A stretch of DNA of 64,000 nucleotides from an uncultured Brevinematales bacterium (lineage in GTDB: Bacteria; Spirochaetota; Brevinematia; Brevinematales; CAYRWR01), in NCBI GenBank assembly GCA_964428015.1, contig CAYRWR010000007.1:21546-85545 (forward strand), given 5' to 3'. A program made the translations under genes and the position numbers. Below, in pieces: positions 1 through 8,140 of the stretch (the stretch's first letter is position 1; each line of letters begins with the position of its first letter). The notes under the pieces were generated by a model. It was not told the DNA's origin. It made no database searches and worked only from the letters and a program-made list of their open reading frames with translations.

Positions 1-3000
1 AGGTCTTCCAGCGTAGGCTCATTATCTGAAACAGGTTCAACATTTTCATTTAAAGTTTCGGTTTCCGGTTCAAAGGGGGATTCTGAAATTTCAGGCTGTA
101 CCATTTCTTCCATATTTATATCAATAGTAGATTCCAGGTTATTGAGTTCATCCATATCCAGAGAAATGTTATCTTCTTCGCCTTCTTCCCCTACTTCAGG
201 GACTGAATTAATGAGATCATCTATATCCAGGTCAAGTTCCAGAGAACTATTATCTCCTGATGGAATTGCATCTTCCTCTATTTCCACATCCAGATTGGAG
301 AGCTCATCCATACTGAGAGCTATTTCTTCGTCATCATTCATCTCACTGCCTATCTCAGGCACCTGAGCTACCAGACTATCCACATCCAGGATATCACTTT
401 CTTCTAAATCTGATATGGCGCTGACATCCAGTTCATTTACTTCACTGTCTGTAGCCTCATTTTCCAGCAATCCTTTTTCACTATCCAAATCCATGATCTC
501 AGGGATTTCAGCCAGGTCAGGGATCTCCATATCAATATCCTGACTGGTCATATCCCCGCTCTCTATCTCAGTGGGAGGCAGGTCAATTTCAATCTGATTT
601 GTTTCACCTTCTTCCTGTACAGCAGCGATATCTTCCAGATCAGGAATATCCAAAGAAACTATTGAGTCGCCGTCCACTTGTTGCTGATCAGGGGAAACCA
701 AATGCTCATCATCACCTACTTCAATATCCAGATTAGAGATCTCATCCAGGCTGGATAGATCGATATCTTCGGGCAGATCAATATCAGTGATAACGGTCTC
801 CTGAGGTTGGTCGATCAGGGTCTCCTGCATCAGGTCTTCACCGCTGAGTATTTCTTCCGCGGGACCTTCCCCCAGAATAGACAGGTCGTCATCAATCTCT
901 ACGACCCCGTCATCTTCATTGTCTTCAAAGCCTTCTATTTTGTCTTTTTCCAGTGTCTCAAATACTTCCGTATCCAGATTATCCAGATCCAGGCTGCTCA
1001 GGTCCAGTTCGTCAGAGTCGGAGGCAGCTTGCAGATTATTATCTATCCCCAAATCATCCAGATCCAAGTCAGAGGTAATCGCTTCCGTATTCCCTTCCAG
1101 AGAGAATTCAGAGGCATCAGCCGGCTGTTCTTCCAGGTCCATTCCTGACAAATCCAGAGCCGGGGTGTCTGTACTTTCCAGTTCTTCCGTTAACTCTGAA
1201 AGCCCCAAATCACCGCTGTCCGTACCTATCCCATCCAGATCCAGGCCTTCCAGGTCCAGATCCATGGCAGGCATCTCTTCCGCAGTGTTTTCTTCCTGTA
1301 TCTCAGGTAGACCCAGGTCTTGGCTGGGAACGACTTCCTCACTGCCAAAATCCATGTCCGGAGTCTGTCCCAGGCTATCCAGATCCAGTTCTCCTTCTTC
1401 AAAGGAGATATCCGACATGGCCTGTTCATCTTCATCAGAGACTTCAGTTTCTTCTTCCGTACCCATAGACTGGAAGGCATCTTCATCGATACCCTGCAGG
1501 ATGCGGTCCTGTTCCGCGAATAGTTCCGTCTCCAGCTGATTATTGGTAGGCACGCGGGTTTCCGTGGAATAGCCCAGGTCAATAGCCATGGCTTCTTCTC
1601 CCCCGCCGTCGGGCAGCTGCATTTCTTCATAAGTCGATGCTGCCACTTCCAGTTCATCTTTTTCAGTGGGCGGCTCCCACATTGCTTCCCCTTCGGTGGT
1701 TTGGCCTACTTCTTCCCAGTCCATGCCCGGTTCTTCCGGCAGAGTCTCTTCTTCCAATGAGTCAAATACGGGTCTGGTTTCTTTAGTAGTCTTGACTCCC
1801 AGTTTCTCTTCAAAAACTTTGTCAAAACGCTCTACCAGGCTATTGTCATCAAAGGTATTGTCAAAATCAGTTTCTGCAGCGGCGGAGCTATCCAGTTCCT
1901 TATCCCATATATCCTGGCTGTCTTTAAAATCTTCCTGGGATTGAAAAGCTGTGCTTTCCAGAGGCTGATCCAGGTCGATATCTTCCAGGCTGAATTCCCC
2001 GGCGTCAAAATCATCTGAACCAACGGCGCCGGCAATGTCATCTTCATCAGAAGAAATCATACCGGGCATAGTGGTGAAATCCGTATCAGAATTCATGATC
2101 ATATTTTCAATACCCTGATTGCCGCTACCTTCGGCATAGGTCTTGCCCCGTTCTATATCCCTGACCAGCCCTCTGATCTCATCTGAAGGAGGTATGTCAT
2201 AAGCTGCCCGTGAAGGTGACTCATATCCCCGGTCATTGGATACGGGCAGAGGCGCGAATTCATCATCCATATCCACACCGGTATCGTAATTCTGCTGTAC
2301 ATAGTTGTTAACCTGATCGGAATTATGATAAGCGATGAGGGCATAGACTACCAGGCCCAGCAGGGCCATATTCACCAGGATCATTAGAATAGCTATCCAG
2401 GGACGGTAGGGTTTGGAGTTGATATCATAGGCGGCCACTACCCCGTTTATGCGCAGACGGATCAGGAAGTCTTCCTTGCTCTTCTGCCCCGAAGGGAATT
2501 CATCAATACGGCTGAGTGTAGCATTGATCTGTTCGGGACTGTATTTCTTGGTAGTTAAAAAGATACGGTTATTTTTAGTGCCGGCCAGCTGGATATTCTG
2601 CCCTCCGAAGGGCTCCAGGATGCGCTGAGTATCAAAATAGGTCAGCACATAACCGATAATCTCGTCGCTTTCCGAATCACGGGGAAATTTCTCACAGATG
2701 ATAAAATTAGTTTTGTTGGACTGGAAAAGGACGTGAGGCCGCCGGGGATGAATGGCAAAATGCTCCTTGAGCACAGTGAGATAATCCTGGCTGAGCTTCT
2801 TGGTGTCGGCTTCCCTGTCCAGAGTGGACATGAGGATTTTACCGTCCTTATTCACTACCTGTATCTTACGGCCGTATTTCATGCCCATCAGCTTTTTCTG
2901 AAAATCCGCCACGAAGCGCCGAGTGTCCTCACCCAAGGTATAAGACACAAACAGTTTCTGAGTCAGCCCGTCGGCACCGATAGCATGGGCTTCCGTGGAT

Positions 3001-3170
3001 GCTGTACCGATGCTTTTTTCCAGAGCGTCCTGAACGTCCTGGTTAAGATGCTGCAGATAGCTCTGGTACTGCTTGCCGAAGAACCATTTACGGGTCTTGG
3101 CAGCGTAGACGATGATCACCAGTGAGCCCAAAGCCAGTACGAGAGCGAAGTACAGCAGGATCTTTTTCAA
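1..3170 (-). CDS. Membrane-anchored protein with a periplasmic domain and a very long acidic low-complexity tail. It is partial: the 3' end runs off the window.
   Basis: The minus-strand frame is open from the window edge up to a TTG at 3170..3168, preceded by GAGGAAA (rc of 3173-3179). It is absent from the ORF track because there is no in-window stop. Hand translation gives LKKILLYFALVLALGSLVIIVYAA (TM1), about 230 aa of soluble domain, then PWIAILMILVNMALLGLVVYALIAY (TM2, about 2330-2402). About 770 aa follow, dominated by D/E/L/S/I with recurring LDLD, DIDL and EEL motifs. The Ser-rich plus-strand ORFs here are antisense shadows. Confidence 0.75.
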   Translation of the reverse strand, partial: MKKILLYFALVLALGSLVIIVYAAKTRKWFFGKQYQSYLQHLNQDVQDALEKSIGTASTEAHAIGADGLTQKLFVSYTLGEDTRRFVADFQKKLMGMKYGRKIQVVNKDGKILMSTLDREADTKKLSQDYLTVLKEHFAIHPRRPHVLFQSNKTNFIICEKFPRDSESDEIIGYVLTYFDTQRILEPFGGQNIQLAGTKNNRIFLTTKKYSPEQINATLSRIDEFPSGQKSKEDFLIRLRINGVVAAYDINSKPYRPWIAILMILVNMALLGLVVYALIAYHNSDQVNNYVQQNYDTGVDMDDEFAPLPVSNDRGYESPSRAAYDIPPSDEIRGLVRDIERGKTYAEGSGNQGIENMIMNSDTDFTTMPGMISSDEDDIAGAVGSDDFDAGEFSLEDIDLDQPLESTAFQSQEDFKDSQDIWDKELDSSAAAETDFDNTFDDNSLVERFDKVFEEKLGVKTTKETRPVFDSLEEETLPEEPGMDWEEVGQTTEGEAMWEPPTEKDELEVAASTYEEMQLPDGGGEEAMAIDLGYSTETRVPTNNQLETELFAEQDRILQGIDEDAFQSMGTEEETEVSDEDEQAMSDISFEEGELDLDSLGQTPDMDFGSEEVVPSQDLGLPEIQEENTAEEMPAMDLDLEGLDLDGIGTDSGDLGLSELTEELESTDTPALDLSGMDLEEQPADASEFSLEGNTEAITSDLDLDDLGIDNNLQAASDSDELDLSSLDLDNLDTEVFETLEKDKIEGFEDNEDDGVVEIDDDLSILGEGPAEEILSGEDLMQETLIDQPQETVITDIDLPEDIDLSSLDEISNLDIEVGDDEHLVSPDQQQVDGDSIVSLDIPDLEDIAAVQEEGETNQIEIDLPPTEIESGDMTSQDIDMEIPDLAEIPEIMDLDSEKGLLENEATDSEVNELDVSAISDLEESDILDVDSLVAQVPEIGSEMNDDEEIALSMDELSNLDVEIEEDAIPSGDNSSLELDLDIDDLINSVPEVGEEGEEDNISLDMDELNNLESTIDINMEEMVQPEISESPFEPETETLNENVEPVSDNEPTLED

Positions 3171-3460
3171 GCTTTCCTCTTTAATAAGTATCAGAGCACA
3201 ATTACTCTGTTTGATATTTTCGGCAAACCAAGTGAGAATCCTTAGATATTATACATAATATTTACAAAAAAATACAGGGCTTTTTAATTAGGCTATAAAA
3301 CAGGCTGCACAGTTCCGTAGAACAGGTGTTTCAGGGGAAATTAAGACTGCTAAAACGAAGAGGAGGTAGTCCCCCTACCCGGCCCTGGGATATTGAGACT
3401 GTGAATGATTAGAGATGGTTCCTTTTCCCCAGGCGACTTCCGTCGCGGCAGGGCTGTCTA

Positions 3461-3615
3461 GCCTGGTGCCCCTGGGGCGGTTATCCCTTCTCACATGAGT
3501 GTCTGGAGCACAGATTCAGTTTATAGGGAGCAGTAGGCATGATACCGACTACGTCCCGGTGCCGTTGTGTTAACGTTCCGCGGGGGTACAGAAGCATCGC
3601 TGTGGTAGCGACATC
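3461..3615 (+). repeat. Copy A of a dispersed GC-rich element (candidate structured ncRNA or non-autonomous mobile element)
   Basis: It shares conserved blocks with 36725-36850 (+) and 43645-43792 (-). The blocks are ...cccctgg(g/t)ggcggttat(c/g)CCTTCTCAC... and cggtgccgt..g..TAACG..CCGCGgg..gcatcg.ct.tg.ggt. It is intergenic and GC-rich within AT-richer spacer. Confidence 0.5.
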
Positions 3616-3811
3616 ACCTGTTTTTACAGAGTCTATTGTTGAGAAAACACCATAGTATTAATTAGGGAGTTAAGATGGAGATTCCTGAGACTTTATCAGT
3701 AGTGATGAATGCCTTTCAATTTTATGTGAATTACATTAAAATAAACTATTCCTTTATGAATTCTTGATTAATCAGTACAAAAAGGTGAAATAAACAGCAG
3801 GAGTGATACGG

Positions 3812-4510
3812 ATGAAAAATTTTGCTTTTACTGCTATTTTGTTTCTTGGTTTTCAGGCTATCTATGCAGTTACCCAGACCCGTCCGTCTTATCTGGACCG
3901 GGAAGCACAAATCGTCCTGGTGGGACATGCAGACAAAGGTCAGACCCTACCCCTGGTGGTGTTTCTGCCCTACACTACTTCTGATGCCCGTCATTTCTTC
4001 CAGGCCGTGAGCAGCTGCCAGCCCTGGGATGCCTACGTGGCGCTTATCCCCTATGGTGTGACGCAGAGAGAACACTACCTGCCTGATTTCTGGTCCTATA
4101 TTCAGTGGTATGAAAAGCGAATTCTGGTTGATATAAAAACAGCCCAGGCTCTTTACCCAATAGATACCAACCGCATTTATATGGAAGGCTTCTCCCTGGG
4201 GGGCGATCTGGGCTGGGCTTTTATGATCAGGCACAAAGAACTCTTCGCCGGAGCATTGGTCAATGGATCCCGCTGCAGCTATCCCGTCACAGACAAAGAT
4301 CTCAGATACCTCCTGGAACATCATAGAAAAATTATCCTTACCATAGGTGACCATGATATGCAGGACCGCCGTAACGGCATGTCGGTAGCTGCCGGTAAAC
4401 TAAAAAAAGCCGGGGTAAAGCATGTCTATTATCCCTTCCCCGGTGATCACACTATCCCCTCCGAAGTGCAATATCGGGAATTGCTGCTTTGGCTGACAAA
4501 TACGGATTAG
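3812..4510 (+). CDS. Secreted alpha/beta-hydrolase (esterase-type)
   Basis: Track ORF 3803..4510. The ATG at 3812 follows GGAG (3799-3802). It has an N-terminal signal-like segment (FAFTAILFLGFQAIYA), the nucleophile-elbow motif GFSLGG, and later acidic and His residues (GDHDM, GDHTIP) typical of esterase or dienelactone-hydrolase-like folds. Confidence 0.72.
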   Translation: MKNFAFTAILFLGFQAIYAVTQTRPSYLDREAQIVLVGHADKGQTLPLVVFLPYTTSDARHFFQAVSSCQPWDAYVALIPYGVTQREHYLPDFWSYIQWYEKRILVDIKTAQALYPIDTNRIYMEGFSLGGDLGWAFMIRHKELFAGALVNGSRCSYPVTDKDLRYLLEHHRKIILTIGDHDMQDRRNGMSVAAGKLKKAGVKHVYYPFPGDHTIPSEVQYRELLLWLTNTD

Positions 4511-4593
4511 TTAAAATTCATTTTATTTGGTTTTTCATATTGTACTATTCTATATAAAGAGCTACCCTCACCGGGATAATATAATTTGTATAT

Positions 4594-4631
4594 AAAAAAA
4601 CCGTCTCTTTTTTTGAGACGGGTTCTTTTTT
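4594..4631. terminator. Bidirectional intrinsic terminator between convergent genes
   Basis: An A-run is followed by the stem ccgtctc (4601-4607), a T7 loop, the stem gagacgg (4615-4621) and a T-run. It lies between the esterase (+) and the ankyrin gene (-). Confidence 0.7.
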
Positions 4632-4666
4632 GTATCATGTTTGCTTTAAAATAATTTATAGCTGTT

Positions 4667-7021
4667 TTATTTAGCGCCTTTACTCTTCAGGTATTGAACA
4701 ATCTGTTCAAAATTAGGAGTCATTTTCTGCTGATACCAGTACTGCGCTAAAAGCAAGGGGGTCGTTCCGGAAGGCAGCTTCGCATTGATATCCGCCCCGG
4801 CTTCTACCAGAGACCTAATGATACTTGGGTATCCACCTTCTATCGCTATCAGCAATACAGTCCATCCATCTTGTTTTACAGCATTGACATCTGCACCTTT
4901 TTTTATCAAATAGGAGACTATATCGGGATATCCATTATAGGCAGCATTCATTAGAGGAGTCTGGCCATTAAATGCCGTTAAACGAGCCTCGAGGTTCGCT
5001 CCTTTTTCTACCAGCATTTTTGTGATATCAAGGTTTCCTGAAATAGTAGCTTCGGTCAATCCGGTGACGCCTCCTTCTGCTACTGTCAAAGGATCAGCGC
5101 CATTTTTAAGCAGAAGTTCTACTACTTTTGCCTGGTCTGATCTTACGGCAAAAATTATAGCATCTTCTCCGCTATTATTCTTAGAATTAACATTAGCTCC
5201 TTTTTTTATTAGATATTGAATCGCCTCTAAATCTCCAAAGGCTGCAGCGTGCATCAGCAGGGTAGTTTCCTTCTTCATCTGGTTAGCCGAGGCACCATTA
5301 TCAAGGAGAAATTTCATAACCTGTTTATTCAGCACAGGAGTACCGGTTTGTTTGTTCTTTTGGTTCTTAGGTAAGACAAAATAAAATGTCCGTCCACCGA
5401 ACCCCATATACATGATATTTCCACCCAGAGTCCCGGACAATAAAGCTGTTTCATTGTTGTCGGATATAGCATTAATATCGATCCCTTTCTGGATCAGGTA
5501 TTTGAGGAAAGTAGTATTCCCATTTTCCGCAGCTAAAATCATAGCAGTTTCACCATTTTTACTCTTTACCTTGGGGTCAAGACCCAGGCCTTCCAGGTAT
5601 TGAAATAACTCCTGGTTACCGCTTAAAGCAGCACTAAGTATCGCATTCCTGCCATTGGAGTCAGATTCATTCAAGTCAGTCCCTTTTTCCAGGAGAAATT
5701 TTACCAATTCTAGATTTCCTGTCTCAGCTGCATCAGGAAGTATGGGAACCTTATTTTTGACTACACTGAGCTTAAGATCATACAGATATTTTACTAGATC
5801 CAAATTCCCACTCTGTACTGCTGAATTCATTACCACCCGGCCTTCTTTACTGGAGACTTTTATATCAGCTTTATTCTCGATGAGTAACTTAACGAGATCT
5901 AGATTTCCGCTCCCCGCTGCATAAAATAAAGGAGTGGAACCCCAGTTATCTTTTGCATTTACAGCCGATTTCTTGGCAATAAGTAAACGGCACATTTCAA
6001 TATTGCCATTTTTAGCGGCAAACATCAAGGCAGTCTGTTTATTTTTATTTACAGCCTGTACATTGGCTTTATTATCAAGAAAGAGCTGAACCAGTTCGAG
6101 GTTTCCATTCTCTGCTGCCACGACCAGATTGGGCTTGGGGTCTGTGGTGTCTTTTATATAGTTTACATTTGCTTTGTTGGATACCAAAATTTTTGCAAGT
6201 TCGGTATCATTTTTTTGAACCATCACAGGTAGATATCCAGTAGCATATCCGGCGCTGAGTGTAGCGCCTTTAGAAAACAGATAGCGTGCCAGATTATAAT
6301 CAGGATTGTTTTTTTTGGCATCCTTTTGCAGGGCATAGACTACCAGACTTTTGTCGTCGTAGGGCATTTTGATATTGATATCAGATCCCGCTTCTACCAG
6401 TACTTTAACTGCTGCCAGGGGTTCTTCAGCCCAAAAAATAGCATAAAACAAAGGAGTCCTTCCATTTATCACAGCCTTGGGATCACAGCCTTTTTCAATG
6501 AGGTATTTTACGATATCCGCTTTACCAGATGCTGCAGCCACAATGATAGTTGTAAAACCAAAATTATTCACTGCGTTGAGATCTGCTCCTTTTTCTACCA
6601 GAAGTTTTACCACTTCTAGATTACACCCCCACTGTATAGCAAACTGCAATGTAGTATATTTGTACCGATCTACGGCATTAACGTTAGCACCTTTTTCAAT
6701 TAGCAGTTTGGCTACCGGGACATTATTTTCAATGGCTGCACTCATCAGCGGTGTAATGCCTTTTTCATTAGTAGCATTCACATTAGCACCCTTGGAAATA
6801 AGGTAATTAATAATATCAACCGCATTTTTTTGCACGGCTACTGACAAAACAGGCCAGCCTTGTATACTGGTTTTGCAGTTGACATCCCCACCCTTGTCAA
6901 CCGCAGCCTGTACAGCTTTCAGATTTTTTTCAAAAGTTGCCTTCATCAAATCGTCATGAACAGTGGCATTCATAATGTTAAATACAACAAAGAACAATAG
7001 GACAGTAAGTATACTCCTCAT
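4667..7021 (-). CDS. Secreted ankyrin-repeat protein (about 20 or more ANK repeats)
   Basis: 784-aa ORF with an N-terminal signal-like peptide (MRSILTVLLFFVVFNIMNA). Throughout it shows the ~33-aa periodic ANK signature (G.TPLM.AA..GN...VK.LI.KGA.VNA.D). Confidence 0.9.
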   Translation of the reverse strand: MRSILTVLLFFVVFNIMNATVHDDLMKATFEKNLKAVQAAVDKGGDVNCKTSIQGWPVLSVAVQKNAVDIINYLISKGANVNATNEKGITPLMSAAIENNVPVAKLLIEKGANVNAVDRYKYTTLQFAIQWGCNLEVVKLLVEKGADLNAVNNFGFTTIIVAAASGKADIVKYLIEKGCDPKAVINGRTPLFYAIFWAEEPLAAVKVLVEAGSDINIKMPYDDKSLVVYALQKDAKKNNPDYNLARYLFSKGATLSAGYATGYLPVMVQKNDTELAKILVSNKANVNYIKDTTDPKPNLVVAAENGNLELVQLFLDNKANVQAVNKNKQTALMFAAKNGNIEMCRLLIAKKSAVNAKDNWGSTPLFYAAGSGNLDLVKLLIENKADIKVSSKEGRVVMNSAVQSGNLDLVKYLYDLKLSVVKNKVPILPDAAETGNLELVKFLLEKGTDLNESDSNGRNAILSAALSGNQELFQYLEGLGLDPKVKSKNGETAMILAAENGNTTFLKYLIQKGIDINAISDNNETALLSGTLGGNIMYMGFGGRTFYFVLPKNQKNKQTGTPVLNKQVMKFLLDNGASANQMKKETTLLMHAAAFGDLEAIQYLIKKGANVNSKNNSGEDAIIFAVRSDQAKVVELLLKNGADPLTVAEGGVTGLTEATISGNLDITKMLVEKGANLEARLTAFNGQTPLMNAAYNGYPDIVSYLIKKGADVNAVKQDGWTVLLIAIEGGYPSIIRSLVEAGADINAKLPSGTTPLLLAQYWYQQKMTPNFEQIVQYLKSKGAK

Positions 7022-7264
7022 TTCATTTCCTCCAAAAAATGATATTTATTGATATTAGAATTAAGCGTTGTTTAAGTCAAAAATTAACATTATATTTAAA
7101 GATATTCCTTCAAGTAGTCATACATCTGATTTGTTTTAAATTATATAAAATACACTTATACATATTATTTAACTTTAAACAGTAACTAATCATGATTATT
7201 GAAGATTTGTGGGTTTATTTTACAAATAAAAGTGTTTTACGGCTTATTTTTTAATTTCAGGTGT

Positions 7265-7828
7265 TTAATCCTGTGATGGCGCTGAAAGAAATACCCAATA
7301 ATGTTTGTACTCTGAGTTTGGGTCATAGTAATGACCAATAGCTACTACTGTCTGAGAGCTATAAAATTCTATTTCCCCTAAAACATGTTTCTTATGTCCA
7401 GGTGAGTTCATCCACCCGGTATATGTCTCCTGTGCTGTGCTTCTGCCACCACTGATAGATTCAATATAATTCGCAGCTTTTTCATTCTTCCACCATTCAG
7501 GAAGTTTATAACCGGCTTTTTTGAGGAGATAATTTGGACCGTATCCATCAGGATTGGTATGTGAAAAATAATTCCGTTTAGCCATGTCTTTTGCCCGTTC
7601 CCTGGCTACTTGCAGAAGTATAGGATCAAAGGTTATGTTTTTACGGTTTTGTTTGGTATCGCTGAGTAGTATAACAATAAATGCCTGTTCTTTATCAGTA
7701 AATTCTACTGTCTGTTTTTTGTCCATTTTTTCGGAATCACTATCACCCCTACTTTTACTCCAAACCGTTTGGACCTGTACACTAATTAACATTAATGAAA
7801 AAACCAGCACGATTCTTTTCAATAGCAT
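7265..7828 (-). CDS. Secreted CAP/SCP (PR-1-like, YkwD-type) domain protein
   Basis: Track ORF 7265..7840 starts at TTG. The ATG at 7828 is preceded by GGAGGGAG. It has a signal peptide (LLKRIVLVFSLMLISVQVQTVWS) and the C-terminal motifs NYFSHTNPDG ... GWMNSPGHKKH typical of bacterial SCP/CAP domains. Confidence 0.8.
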   Translation of the reverse strand: MLLKRIVLVFSLMLISVQVQTVWSKSRGDSDSEKMDKKQTVEFTDKEQAFIVILLSDTKQNRKNITFDPILLQVARERAKDMAKRNYFSHTNPDGYGPNYLLKKAGYKLPEWWKNEKAANYIESISGGRSTAQETYTGWMNSPGHKKHVLGEIEFYSSQTVVAIGHYYDPNSEYKHYWVFLSAPSQD

Positions 7829-8140
7829 CTCTCCCTCCAAAACGCTTTATTTACCTGATTATACATCCAATCAATTTCTCATACAATAGAATGAGTAGAT
7901 ATTTTCTATTAAAAATATATGCGAATATATTTATTTCAAATATTTCGACACTGGTACAAACAGAGTCAATCAGTTATATCCAAACTGCCTTTACCTATTT
8001 CATTTCACAATATTTATCACCAAAATGCAAAATCATGACAGAGGTCCTATATAAATGTGACAGTAATCCTATTGTAAGGCAGGTGCCGGAGGTGATATTA
8101 TAATGGACCAAATAAAAAAAATATTACCAAGGAGTACGTT

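Noticed and set aside
142-1944. Ser-rich plus-strand ORFs (142-366, 919-1539, 1666-1944) and minus-strand ORFs in another frame (1226-1657, 1832-2047)
   Set aside because: They are shadows of the long acidic minus-strand ORF, because GAx/GAT codons read as Ser-rich TCx antisense. They have no RBS and their composition is low-complexity. The frame open to the window edge explains the region.
3340-3640. GC-rich elements A, B and C as RNase P RNA, tmRNA, 6S RNA or a common riboswitch
   Set aside because: Those are single-copy genes or carry diagnostic motifs: GAGGAAAGUCC for RNase P, GGUUCGA...CCA and a tag ORF for tmRNA, the B12 box, the T-box, and the TPP CUGAGA...CCUGAUC motif. I could not find any of these. 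Three homologous copies argue against the single-copy housekeeping RNAs.
3675-3767. 30-codon ORF (MEIPETLSVVMNAFQFYVNYIKINYSFMNS) with a GGGAG RBS between element copy A and the esterase gene
   Set aside because: It is too short and AT-rich to distinguish from chance, and conservation cannot be checked here.
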